From: an uncultured Candidatus Obscuribacterales bacterium
Lineage (GTDB): Bacteria; Cyanobacteriota; Vampirovibrionia; Obscuribacterales; Obscuribacteraceae
Length of the DNA stretch: 64,000 bases
NCBI GenBank assembly: GCA_964496875.1
Contig: CAZCBH010000009.1
Span: 1,902-65,901, forward strand
Direction: 5' to 3'
Made by a program: the position numbers and the translations under genes. Of the stretch, positions 44,202 to 53,667 are shown piece after piece (position 1 is the first letter of the stretch; each line of letters starts with the position of its first letter). The notes under the pieces were generated by a model, which was given only the letters and a program-made list of their open reading frames with translations, ran no database searches and had not been told where the DNA came from.

Positions 44202-45671
44202 ATGACCGGGGAAACGATCTTATTCAAAGCCAGGAAACTGCATTGTCTGGCCCTGGACAAAAATTCAGAAAACAGTCCATTCATTCACCAGGGACGACCG
44301 ATTGCTATTTTCGAACGCCGTTCTGCCGACGCCGACTACACAGTAACAGTGTTCAGAGCATCGGACCGAATCGTTCTCCAGCCTGATGCTCTAGAAACCC
44401 GACAGCCAAATTGCCCCTTCGACTATCTTGCCTCGGCTCTCGAAAGTCTGGCAAAGAGCGTCGACTGCTCCAACCTGGCTCCCTATGCAGATATTCCGTT
44501 CAAGTATGGCTTCCTGGGTTATCTGGGCTACGGACTGACAGCCTCTCAGGCTACCCTGGCTATACCAAGACAGAAACAACGCTTCATCGATGTTCCCGAT
44601 GCAGCATTAATAGTCCCGGGCGCATTCACCATAGAAGACCGCAAAAACGGAAAGCTCTATCTAATATCGGATATCGACATCGAAGAATGCAAAAGCCTGA
44701 TTGCAAAGGCAGCCTGTTCTAAACCGCTAGATTCAACCACCTCGAAAGAATCGACTGCGGCGATAGAGCCTTCTATGACAAAAGAAGAATACCTCGGCAA
44801 AGTTGAAAGAGCAAAAGAATATATCAACGAAGGCGAAGCATTTCAGATAGTGCTGGCTCAGAGATTCTCTTGTGCTCTTGAAGAGTCGGCGCTAGCGCTT
44901 TTCGAGAGAATAAGAAAGAGTGCTGATGCACCCTACGCTTACTATCTTGATCTGGAAGATTTCCAGTATCTGGGGCTCTCGCCCGAGAGCATGATCTCTA
45001 TCGAAGGCGATAGAGTATCCTTCAGAGCCCTGGCCGGCACCCGGCACCGGGGGCGGGACGAAGCCGAAGACCTCGCTCTCACCAGTGAACTTTTGAGCAA
45101 CGAGAAAGAAAACGCCGAGCATATGATGCTGGTTGATCTGGGTCGCAACGATCTTGGCCGGGTCTGTACTCAAGGCACTATAGAAGTGGAGAACCTCAAG
45201 CAAGTTTTGAAATATCCAAGCGTCATGCACCTCTCGACAGATTTGAAAGGCAAACTCGACTCCACTATCGCTCCTCTCAAAGCGGTTGGATCTTGCTTCC
45301 CCCGGGGCACTGTCTCCGGTGCCCCCAAGCGCCGCGCCCTCACTCTGCTTGCCGAACTCGAACCAGAGCGCAGAGGCATCTATTCCGGAGCAGTGGGCAT
45401 TATCGAGATTGGTGGAGACATCGATCTTGCCATCGCCATCCGCTCCGCCACCATAAAAGACGGCATCGCCCATGTCCAGGCCGGTGCCGGTATTGTCTAC
45501 GACTCTATTCCGGAATGCGAATACGAAGAGACTCGCAACAAAGCCGCCTCTATTCTCGATCATATCAATCGGTCATGGCGAAGCCAGGACGACACCAATC
45601 ACCCTGGCTTCACTAAACTCGCCTTTCAAAGGGAAAAGCACCATGACCATACTTATAATCGACAACTATGA
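44202..45671 (+). CDS. trpE: anthranilate synthase component I
   Basis: Chorismate-binding core (LSPESMISIEG..., GTRHRG..., LLSNEKENAEHMMLVDLGRNDLGRV, GTVSGAPKRRA, RGIYSGAVG). ATG 44202 with GAGGA SD. Confidence 0.9.
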   Translation: MTGETILFKARKLHCLALDKNSENSPFIHQGRPIAIFERRSADADYTVTVFRASDRIVLQPDALETRQPNCPFDYLASALESLAKSVDCSNLAPYADIPFKYGFLGYLGYGLTASQATLAIPRQKQRFIDVPDAALIVPGAFTIEDRKNGKLYLISDIDIEECKSLIAKAACSKPLDSTTSKESTAAIEPSMTKEEYLGKVERAKEYINEGEAFQIVLAQRFSCALEESALALFERIRKSADAPYAYYLDLEDFQYLGLSPESMISIEGDRVSFRALAGTRHRGRDEAEDLALTSELLSNEKENAEHMMLVDLGRNDLGRVCTQGTIEVENLKQVLKYPSVMHLSTDLKGKLDSTIAPLKAVGSCFPRGTVSGAPKRRALTLLAELEPERRGIYSGAVGIIEIGGDIDLAIAIRSATIKDGIAHVQAGAGIVYDSIPECEYEETRNKAASILDHINRSWRSQDDTNHPGFTKLAFQREKHHDHTYNRQL

Positions 45672-46236
45672 CTCCTTCACCTATAACATCGTCCAACAGG
45701 TAAAAAGCGTCCACGACAGAGCGACAGAGACCTATTTCAATGACGCCATCGACTTCGAGCAGATCAAAGCCAAACGCCCAACCGGAATAATAATTTCGCC
45801 CGGTCCCGGACATCCGGCAAGACCGGGGGACTTCGGCGTCTGTCGAGAGATAATCGAAAGAAGAGAAGAGCTGGGATGCCCGATTCTGGGCATCTGCCTC
45901 GGTCACCAGGGCATAGCTCATATGCTCGGAGGGAAAATAGAAAAAGCCGCGCAAATCTTCCACGGCAAAATCAGTCGCCTCGAGACCGTGGCCAGATCAA
46001 GCCTGTTCAAAGGCGTTCCACAATTTTTCGATGCGATGCGCTACCACTCTCTAGTCGTATCTCAGAAAGACTTTCCGACAGACCTGACCGTCACAGCCGT
46101 CGAACCGGCCACCCGGACGATTATGGCGCTGGAGCATCAACATTATCCACTCTTCGGACTTCAATTTCATCCGGAATCAATCGGTACTGAATGCGGTTCG
46201 CGAATAATGAGGAATTTTTCAGAGCTATGTCATTAA
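45643..46236 (+). CDS. trpG: anthranilate synthase component II (glutamine amidotransferase)
   Basis: MTILIIDNYDSFTYNIVQ..., GPGHP, ILGICLGHQ, FGLQFHPES. Overlaps the trpE end by 29 nt. Confidence 0.9.
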   Translation: MTILIIDNYDSFTYNIVQQVKSVHDRATETYFNDAIDFEQIKAKRPTGIIISPGPGHPARPGDFGVCREIIERREELGCPILGICLGHQGIAHMLGGKIEKAAQIFHGKISRLETVARSSLFKGVPQFFDAMRYHSLVVSQKDFPTDLTVTAVEPATRTIMALEHQHYPLFGLQFHPESIGTECGSRIMRNFSELCH

Positions 46237-47144
46237 TTCCAGATAGAGCGAAACTGCTCGCCGCCCCGGAAAACACCGGCTTAGATTCTCTTCGCCGAAT
46301 TCTCGAAGAACTGAAGTCTTCGACAAAGACAGATCTGAGCGACCTGGGAAGAGACGCTCTCGACTGCTGTGGAACAGGTGGAAGCGGTCACCATAAATTC
46401 AATACATCGACAGCGGTGGCTTTTGTCGTAGCGGCCGCCGGCAAAAGAGTGATCAAATTCGGCAATCGCTCAGCGACAGGGCAATCGGGCTCGCTAGACT
46501 TCTTGGATTCGATCTCGATACCTCCTTTGGCAGAAAGATACGCTATTGAACAGTCCCTTGCAAAGGAGAACCTGGCTTTCTTGGATGCTTCCCGATTCTA
46601 TCCTCAACTGAAAGACCTCGCTCCCATAAGAAAGAAGCTGGGGAGACCGACCCTCCTCAACTATCTAGGTCCGCTGCTCAATCCGCTCAAACCGGAGTAT
46701 AGACTTCTTGGAGTCAGTAATGAAGCGATGCTGAATCATCTTGCCACCATCTGTAGCGAGGACTCCGGTCTTACGAAGGTATTGCTGGTCCGCTCTGAAA
46801 AAGGTCTCGATGAACTGGATCCGGTATCATCCAATACGGTTATAGAAATCGACAATGCAGAAGCCCCCTCTAGATATAACCTTAAAACGCGCAGAATATC
46901 CGGCGCTATCGAAGAAGAGAAAAGAGACAATAGCACCATCTTTCTGGATATTATCGAAGGAAAAGACCGCCTCTCCCTGGCCTATTCCGCTCTTGTTCTG
47001 AATGGCGCCGCCGCACTAATGGCGGCGGCAGCGGTAAACTCTCTTGAAGAGGGCATGGAGACCGTCGAGAATCTCTTGAAAAGCGGGGCTGTCCGACAAA
47101 AATATATTAGAACAAAAGAGTTTACAAAGGAGATTGCCGCATGA
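46227..47144 (+). CDS. trpD: anthranilate phosphoribosyltransferase (somewhat divergent)
   Basis: CGTGGSGHHKFNTSTAVAFVVAAAG and KFGNRSATGQSGSLDFL correspond to the GTGGDG / KHGNR motifs. It sits at the expected position in the operon. Confidence 0.8.
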   Translation: MSLIPDRAKLLAAPENTGLDSLRRILEELKSSTKTDLSDLGRDALDCCGTGGSGHHKFNTSTAVAFVVAAAGKRVIKFGNRSATGQSGSLDFLDSISIPPLAERYAIEQSLAKENLAFLDASRFYPQLKDLAPIRKKLGRPTLLNYLGPLLNPLKPEYRLLGVSNEAMLNHLATICSEDSGLTKVLLVRSEKGLDELDPVSSNTVIEIDNAEAPSRYNLKTRRISGAIEEEKRDNSTIFLDIIEGKDRLSLAYSALVLNGAAALMAAAAVNSLEEGMETVENLLKSGAVRQKYIRTKEFTKEIAA

Positions 47145-47896
47145 AAGTTCTCCATGAGATAGTCCGGTCAAAAGAGGCCGAGATAGCTTCTTTGAAAGCT
47201 AGAAAAGCAGACTTCAAAGCCGGCATTAAAGCCGAGCGAAACAAATTCAATGTCATCGGCGAGATCAAACCGGCTTCGCCCAGTCGCGGACAGATACTGA
47301 ATAGGGATCATATCGCCGCGCATATAAAAGCCTACAAAGAGAACGCAGTAGCAATCTCGGTTCTGACGGACAAAAAATACTTCGGCGGCGGCTACGACCT
47401 GCTGCGCCAGGTAAAACAAGCGGCAGGCGATGTACCTGTATTGCAAAAGGATTTCATCACCGACGAGATCCAGCTGTTGGAAGGCTTCAAAGCCGGTGCC
47501 GACGCGGCTCTTCTGATTGTGAAGATCCTGCGCAGAGACAGACTGGCGGCACTCTATCAACTGGCTACCAGCCTGGGCATAGAGGCGGTGTTTGAAGTGA
47601 GCGACGAAGCCGATTTGACCAAAGCGCTCTCGCTTTGCCCGGATGTTGTTCTAATAAACAATCGCAACCTCGATACCATGGTCATAGATCTTGCCACCAC
47701 CGGCAGACTGACAGCCCTGATTCCGCCGGATATAAGAGCCGAAACCGCTATCATAAGCGCCAGCGGTTATGATAGCAGAGAGCAGATAGCTGCCTTCGGC
47801 GGAGGCGCCGATGCATTTCTTATAGGCTCTTCCCTTATGGCTAGCGCCGCTCCAGAAACTCTCCTGCAAGAGTTTTGCTTGAAGGAGATAGCTTGA
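47141..47896 (+). CDS. trpC: indole-3-glycerol phosphate synthase
   Basis: VIGEIKPASPSRG...ISVLTDKKYFGG...LQKDFI...INNRNL. ATGA overlap with trpD. Confidence 0.9.
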   Translation: MKVLHEIVRSKEAEIASLKARKADFKAGIKAERNKFNVIGEIKPASPSRGQILNRDHIAAHIKAYKENAVAISVLTDKKYFGGGYDLLRQVKQAAGDVPVLQKDFITDEIQLLEGFKAGADAALLIVKILRRDRLAALYQLATSLGIEAVFEVSDEADLTKALSLCPDVVLINNRNLDTMVIDLATTGRLTALIPPDIRAETAIISASGYDSREQIAAFGGGADAFLIGSSLMASAAPETLLQEFCLKEIA

Positions 47897-47898
47897 AT

Positions 47899-48576
47899 AT
47901 GACTTACAAAAATATTCAAATCAAAATCTGTGGTATCACGCGACTTGAAGACGCCACCCTGGCACAAGACCATGGCTGCGATCTGCTCGGCTTCATCTTC
48001 GCCCGCCAATCGCCTCGATATATAAATGCGCAAATAGCGGCTTCGATAATTGAGACTTTGAGAGAAAAAGGCGGTGTCGAAATAGCAGGGGTGTTCAAAG
48101 ACCAACCCCTCGAAGAAGTCCTGAGCATAGCAGAAGCCCTGGATCTCGACTATGTGCAACTGCACGGCGAAGAAGATGAAAACTACATTGCCGGCCTGAA
48201 CAGACCGGTGATCAAGGCGATAGTTTACGGAACTGGTGATGGCGAAAACGCGCTCGCGAAATATAACAGTAGCCGCACTATTCTACTGGATCTTCCTAAA
48301 CAGGGCATGATCATCGATAAAACCTCAGCCAGAAAAGAGCTGGAATCTATTTTGGCCGAAGCCGAGCATACAGACCGAAGGATAATGGTGGCAGGGGGTC
48401 TGGATGCGGACTCTATTGTGGATTTGTTGAACAAATTCTCTCCCTGGGCGTTAGACCTGTGCTCGGCGGTGGAGTCCGATCCCGGTATCAAAGATAGAGC
48501 CAAGTTGATAAAACTGCTCAGGCAGTTTCAAACAATTTCCAAAGCCAAGGAGAAGCACTATGTTAACCAGCACTAA
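47899..48576 (+). CDS. trpF: phosphoribosylanthranilate isomerase
   Basis: [12 protein letters not shown]...DLLGFIF...VQLHG...GGL. AAGGAG SD before ATG 47899. Confidence 0.85.
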   Translation: MTYKNIQIKICGITRLEDATLAQDHGCDLLGFIFARQSPRYINAQIAASIIETLREKGGVEIAGVFKDQPLEEVLSIAEALDLDYVQLHGEEDENYIAGLNRPVIKAIVYGTGDGENALAKYNSSRTILLDLPKQGMIIDKTSARKELESILAEAEHTDRRIMVAGGLDADSIVDLLNKFSPWALDLCSAVESDPGIKDRAKLIKLLRQFQTISKAKEKHYVNQH

Positions 48577-49729
48577 ATTCGGTGCTTTCGGCGGAGTCTA
48601 TGCTCCGGAGACTCTATTACCGGCTCTTGAAGAGCTGGAAAAGGCCTTCATCGCCTTCGAGAAGGATGCTCATCTGCAAGAAGAGTTGCAAGAATTGCTC
48701 GCCGACTATGCCGGCAGACCCACTCCCCTTTATTTCGCCCGCAATCTATCTAAAAACTGGGGCGCCAACATCTATCTAAAACGAGAAGACCTGCTTCATG
48801 GAGGTGCGCACAAAACCAACAATGCCGTCGGCCAGGCTCTTATCGCCCGCTCCATGGGCAAGACCCGGCTGATAGCCGAGACCGGTGCCGGTCAGCATGG
48901 TGTCGCCACAGCCATGGCCGGAGCGCTATTTTCGATGCCGGTGAGAGTCTACATGGGAGCTTTAGATGTAGAGCGCCAGGCCCAGAATGTGGCGCGCATG
49001 AAAATGATGGGGGCCGAGGTCTGTCCGGTGCAGACAGGAGGCGCGACCTTGAAAGATGCCATCAATGATGCTCTCAGAGACTGGATCGGCAACCTCGACG
49101 ACACCCACTATTTGCTTGGCACCGCCGCCGGTCCCCACCCATTTCCAACTATTGTCAAAGCCCTGCAAAAGGTAATCGGCGAAGAGATCGCCGAGCAGTT
49201 CATACATAAAAAAAACCGCCTGCCCGATGCCATAGTCGCCTGCGTCGGAGGAGGCTCGAACGCAATCGGCGCTTTCAGCCGCTTCATAGAAGAAGAGTCC
49301 GTTCGATTGATAGGTGTGGAGCCCGCCGGCAAAGGTCTGGGAACAGGATTATCCGGAGCGGTGATTGCGGAGGGTAAAAGCGGCGTCCTCCACGGCATGA
49401 AAAGCATGGTCATGCAGAACGAAGACGGACAGATTCTAGAAACCCATAGCATCGCCGCCGGTCTCGACTATCCCTCGGTCGGTCCGGAACACGCCTATCT
49501 CAATGCCATCGGTCGAGTCCGCTATGACTGCGCCACCGACCAGGAAGCTGTCGAAGCCTATCTTGCCACCACCAGGGCAGAAGGTATAATCCCTGCTCTC
49601 GAAAGCTCCCACGCTCTCGCCTGCGCCAGAAGACTGGCCGGAGGAGAACTTGCCGGCTGCGATATCGTGGTCAACTTATCTGGCCGCGGCGACAAAGACA
49701 TGGACACTGTCAGCGGCTACACCGCCTAA
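48560..49729 (+). CDS. trpB: tryptophan synthase beta chain
   Basis: [15 protein letters not shown] (PLP lysine motif), [16 protein letters not shown]. Confidence 0.95.
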   Translation: MLTSTKFGAFGGVYAPETLLPALEELEKAFIAFEKDAHLQEELQELLADYAGRPTPLYFARNLSKNWGANIYLKREDLLHGGAHKTNNAVGQALIARSMGKTRLIAETGAGQHGVATAMAGALFSMPVRVYMGALDVERQAQNVARMKMMGAEVCPVQTGGATLKDAINDALRDWIGNLDDTHYLLGTAAGPHPFPTIVKALQKVIGEEIAEQFIHKKNRLPDAIVACVGGGSNAIGAFSRFIEEESVRLIGVEPAGKGLGTGLSGAVIAEGKSGVLHGMKSMVMQNEDGQILETHSIAAGLDYPSVGPEHAYLNAIGRVRYDCATDQEAVEAYLATTRAEGIIPALESSHALACARRLAGGELAGCDIVVNLSGRGDKDMDTVSGYTA

Positions 49730-49745
49730 ACAGGGGACGATAAAT

Positions 49746-50564
49746 ATGAAGACGGTAAAAAACAAAAGCAGATTGGCCGAAGCCTTTTCAAAATTGAATC
49801 AGGAAGGCAAGAAGGCTTTCATCCCCTTCAATCTGCTCGGCTATCCCGATAAAAAATCTTGTATCGCCACCCTTAAAGCTCTGGTAGAAGGAGGGGCAAC
49901 GGCTCTGGAGCTGGGTTTGCCTTTTTCAGATCCGATGGCTGACGGACCTTTGATACAAAGGGCATCACATTCAGTGCTGGAAGCGGGCTTTTCGATAGCC
50001 GATGCCGTCACCATTATAAAAGAGGTTCGTTCAGCCTGCCCGGATACTCCGATTAATCTACTCACCTACTTCAATCTCGCCCTATCGAATGGAGTAGAAC
50101 CTTTTCTCACCAGATTCAAAGCGGCAGGCGTGGACGCGGTTACTTTCGTAGATCTTCCACTCGAGGAGATGGAAGAGATTTATGGAACCATGCAAAACCT
50201 GGAACTGGATTCGGTGATGTTGATATCACCGCTGACACCGCCCCATCGCATCGACGAAATTTTGAAATATGCCCGGGGTTTTCTCTATCTTGTATCGAGA
50301 GCAGGTACCACCGGCATGCAGGAGTCCTATTCGAGCAAACTCGAAGAGGTGGTCAAAACAATCAAAGAGAGAACCGAGCTGCCTGTGATGATTGGCTTCG
50401 GCATATCCGGCGCCGAACAGGCAAGAAATATGATCGAACTGGGTGCGGACGGGGTTATTGTCGGTAGTAAAATTCTCGATGTCATTGAGAAGAGCGCTTT
50501 GAAGGAAAGAGAGAAAAACCTCGTCTCCTTCACGGCGGCAATAGTGAAAGCCCTGGAAAAATAA
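49746..50564 (+). CDS. trpA: tryptophan synthase alpha chain
   Basis: ALELGLPFSDPMADGPLIQ...GFGIS... Located at the end of the operon. Confidence 0.9.
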   Translation: MKTVKNKSRLAEAFSKLNQEGKKAFIPFNLLGYPDKKSCIATLKALVEGGATALELGLPFSDPMADGPLIQRASHSVLEAGFSIADAVTIIKEVRSACPDTPINLLTYFNLALSNGVEPFLTRFKAAGVDAVTFVDLPLEEMEEIYGTMQNLELDSVMLISPLTPPHRIDEILKYARGFLYLVSRAGTTGMQESYSSKLEEVVKTIKERTELPVMIGFGISGAEQARNMIELGADGVIVGSKILDVIEKSALKEREKNLVSFTAAIVKALEK

Positions 50565-50652
50565 GCTGCCCTGTCATTGGTCCGAGTGTCAACTATATGT
50601 CAACAATAGCCTCTATAAAAGATTCAGATTACTAAAAGCTTCTTTCCCGAGG

Positions 50653-51147
50653 CTATGACTTTGTCCCGATCATCGGCTGGAAACGATTCTGAAAACCGGA
50701 GCGTTTATCGACCTTAATAGGAACCAGCCTGAATCTCCTTTTCGAATAGGCGCCTTGATCGAGCACCCTGGCTTCGCCGCTATACACCCCATTAGAGGCG
50801 GCTTTCCCGGCGAGATCCAGTTCGAGGGCGCCCCGCATCTGCAGCTTGATCTCATCTTTTGAAAGGCTGCCTTTGATCTTTCCGCCACGATAGAGCCCGC
50901 AGTCGCTGTAAGAATATCCACCGGTACCGGATATGGCATCATTAGTTTTTGTCAGCCTGAGCTCAATCCTGGCTTTACCCACCTCCGGTCCATTCGGGCC
51001 AAGACCGTATTCGGTCATGATAGGCGGCTCCAGAACAAGTGACCATCGATCGGGGAAACTCTCGCTTGCCGCCGAAGCCCCAAAACAATTTGCTGAAGCC
51101 ACCGCAACGAATAGAAAAAAGCTGAGCAAACTAACCAACCTGACCAT
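50653..51147 (-). CDS. secreted hypothetical protein
   Basis: Signal-peptide-like MVRLVSLLSFFLFVAVASA. No family recognised. Confidence 0.5.
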   Translation of the reverse strand: MVRLVSLLSFFLFVAVASANCFGASAASESFPDRWSLVLEPPIMTEYGLGPNGPEVGKARIELRLTKTNDAISGTGGYSYSDCGLYRGGKIKGSLSKDEIKLQMRGALELDLAGKAASNGVYSGEARVLDQGAYSKRRFRLVPIKVDKRSGFQNRFQPMIGTKS

Positions 51148-51294
51148 AACCCGGCAATCCTCCTTCTCTCCATTAAAAATATGCTAGCATCCAGGACCGT
51201 GCAGTACCCCAGTATTTCTCCTGAATTGAGCAGATAATCTGCTATAGTTCCGACACAAATACAGTAAAGGGGTATATGTATCCATGGAGCCCAA

Positions 51295-52239
51295 ATGGCA
51301 ACGACTATGATGAGCGATCCGCTGGAACAATCGAAAATCGATTCTTCGCCGCTACCCGAGCCAATTCGGCTGGAAGCCAGCGAGAATAGCAGCGAGCTTG
51401 CTATCCAGGTCAAGAAACGCCCCATAAAAGAAAAGCTCTACGAAATCATTTTCGAAGCGGACACCGCCGGGGGAAAAGCCTTCGACGTGGTTCTTCTGAT
51501 GATGATCCTGGGCAGCGTAGTGGTGGTGATGCTCGACAGCGTCAGAGCCCTCAATCTTCAGTATTTCGAGACTTTCAGAACTCTAGAATGGTTCTTCACC
51601 ATCGCTTTCACCATCGAATATGTTCTACGCCTCTACTGCTCGACAAACCGAGCAAAATACGCCTCCAGCTTTTTTGGAGTAATAGACCTTCTCTCCATCC
51701 TGCCTACCTATGTGGCTATATTCCTATCGGGCGCCCAGTACATGATGATAGTGAGGATTCTTAGGTTGCTGAGACTCTTCAGAATATTCAAACTGGGTCG
51801 CTTTCTGCAAGAAGCCGATACGATGATCATGGCTCTCAAATCGAGCACACCTAAAATAAGCGTCTTTCTCTTTTCGGTGATGTCTGTGGTCACCATCGTC
51901 GGGGCGATGATGTATTTGATCGAACCGAATGAGAGCGGCTTCACCAGCATTCCCAGAAGCATCTACTGGGCGGTGGTGACTCTGACCACGGTAGGGTACG
52001 GAGATATCGCGCCCCAGACCGTACTGGGACAGATACTGGCCTGCACAGTGATGATCCTCGGATATGGCATAATCGCTGTCCCAACAGGAATAGTGTCGGT
52101 AGAGATGCACAAAGCAAGCCAGAAGAGAAAAGAGATCTTGAGTTGCAGCAACTGTGGAGCGAAGGAGCACCAGAACAACTCCAGCTTTTGCAATCGCTGT
52201 GGTGCAAAGTTGACCCGGGTTCCCCTCGACCATCAATAG
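51295..52239 (+). CDS. voltage-gated-type (6TM) potassium channel with C-terminal zinc-ribbon
   Basis: S4-like IVRILRLLRLFRIFKLGR. Selectivity filter TTVGYGD. C-terminal CSNCGAKEHQNNSSFCNRCGAKL. Confidence 0.85.
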   Translation: MATTMMSDPLEQSKIDSSPLPEPIRLEASENSSELAIQVKKRPIKEKLYEIIFEADTAGGKAFDVVLLMMILGSVVVVMLDSVRALNLQYFETFRTLEWFFTIAFTIEYVLRLYCSTNRAKYASSFFGVIDLLSILPTYVAIFLSGAQYMMIVRILRLLRLFRIFKLGRFLQEADTMIMALKSSTPKISVFLFSVMSVVTIVGAMMYLIEPNESGFTSIPRSIYWAVVTLTTVGYGDIAPQTVLGQILACTVMILGYGIIAVPTGIVSVEMHKASQKRKEILSCSNCGAKEHQNNSSFCNRCGAKLTRVPLDHQ

Positions 52240-52284
52240 AGACAAAAACCCTCCTAAAATTTCAGAAGCCATAGTCACTCTCAA

Positions 52285-52842
52285 ATGACAAACAAACTAG
52301 CAACTCTAACTCTTTTGCTCGCCCTTGCCATTCCGGTCCTTCCTTCCCTGGCCGCTCCGGCGGCAAAATCCGGGCAAGCGCCGCCGAAGCCTATAGCCAC
52401 CCGCTTCAAGATCAAAAAGAAACCGATTAGAAAAGGGGATCCTTTTTCAGTCACGATTACCCCCCGGGAAAAGTCCTTCATCTTTCTGTTCTATGTGGAC
52501 GCCGAAGATAGAGCGGTCTCGCTCTATCCCGGCAAAACCGAGAACTTCGAAATCATCTCGCCGGATGATCCTCTGGAGGTTACATCGATTACAAATAACT
52601 CCATCAAAATAGATGACAAACAGGGCAAGATCATCACAGTTGCGGTGCGCTTTTCTGCCGAGGGTAAAAAAGTAAAGGGAAAAGTCCTCAAGCCGACGGA
52701 TTTTTCCAAAGAGAAACCTTACCAGCATATGCTCTCCATCAAAGGACAAGACTTGATAGAACGGCTGGAGTTCATGCGTGCCGATCACCCCAGGGATATC
52801 CACATCCTGGTGGAAGAGGCACCAAAAGCAGTGACCAAGTAA
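52285..52842 (+). CDS. secreted hypothetical protein (DUF4384-like by eye)
   Basis: Signal peptide LATLTLLLALAIPVLPSLAAPA. FSVTITPREKSFIFLFYVDAEDRAVSLYPG resembles DUF4384. Tentative. Confidence 0.45.
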   Translation: MTNKLATLTLLLALAIPVLPSLAAPAAKSGQAPPKPIATRFKIKKKPIRKGDPFSVTITPREKSFIFLFYVDAEDRAVSLYPGKTENFEIISPDDPLEVTSITNNSIKIDDKQGKIITVAVRFSAEGKKVKGKVLKPTDFSKEKPYQHMLSIKGQDLIERLEFMRADHPRDIHILVEEAPKAVTK

Positions 52843-52871
52843 CTAATTGAATCGATTTGAACTTCAGTTAG

Positions 52872-53516
52872 CTAGTTGGCGGCAGCCACTTCGACTCGGC
52901 AGAGACTGGCGAGAATGCGATGCATCAACTTCTGAATGGTTTTGAGTCGCTCGAAATCATCCACTGCGCCTTTCAATCTCAAAGAGAGAGTATTGCAATC
53001 AGGACGCAGAGCTCTGGAAGATGGGCTTGAGTCCGTGTTCTCGCAATGGGCCCAGAGTTGCACGCTCGGCTCTTCCAGCAAAAGCCTGCGCAGGGCCGCA
53101 TCTTCGAAAAGATTCTTGACTATGGATTCGTCCGAACCTTTGATAATGAAAGCCTTATCGAAGTCTTCGTGACCGACGACGATATCCTGCATTCCAAGAA
53201 GCTTGGAGAGACCGTGATGGAATTGCTCGGGATGAATCGCGAACTTGAAAGCTTGATCAAGGGGAGTATAAGAGACATCGACCTGGGTATGGTCCGACTT
53301 GGTCTTGCCACCGGGATTCATCGTAAAGCTCAAGGTCCAGGGAGTCTCCGGCAATGGGACATGGATACTCATGGGCTCATGCGAGGAGTCCGGATTCGGA
53401 TCATCGATCTCACCTTGATGCTCTTCGGCAAAAGTGTTCCACACGTATTTCCAGCCATACATTCTAGAGTGAAGCTTAGACATATCTCCCCCTGGGCTTG
53501 CTTGCGAATCCTTCAA
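52872..53516 (-). CDS. hypothetical protein
   Basis: 214-aa ORF (a start at the second Met is possible). No family recognised with confidence. Confidence 0.45.
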   Translation of the reverse strand: MKDSQASPGGDMSKLHSRMYGWKYVWNTFAEEHQGEIDDPNPDSSHEPMSIHVPLPETPWTLSFTMNPGGKTKSDHTQVDVSYTPLDQAFKFAIHPEQFHHGLSKLLGMQDIVVGHEDFDKAFIIKGSDESIVKNLFEDAALRRLLLEEPSVQLWAHCENTDSSPSSRALRPDCNTLSLRLKGAVDDFERLKTIQKLMHRILASLCRVEVAAAN

Positions 53517-53667
53517 AACTCACAACTAACGACTAACGACCAACAACAAAAACGAGACCCCAGTATATCTTGTCGGTGAATAGAAGATTATTATCATGAG
53601 CGAATCCTTAACACAAACGGGATAAACTAAAGGATTCGAGTAGTCGGGGTCTTAAAACTAAAACGGC

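Noticed and set aside
51724-52284. 186-aa ORF antisense to the K+ channel gene (and the nested 88/76/84-aa ORFs)
   Set aside because: The sense strand encodes a complete channel with S4 and a TVGYGD filter. The antisense ORFs lack any recognisable features.
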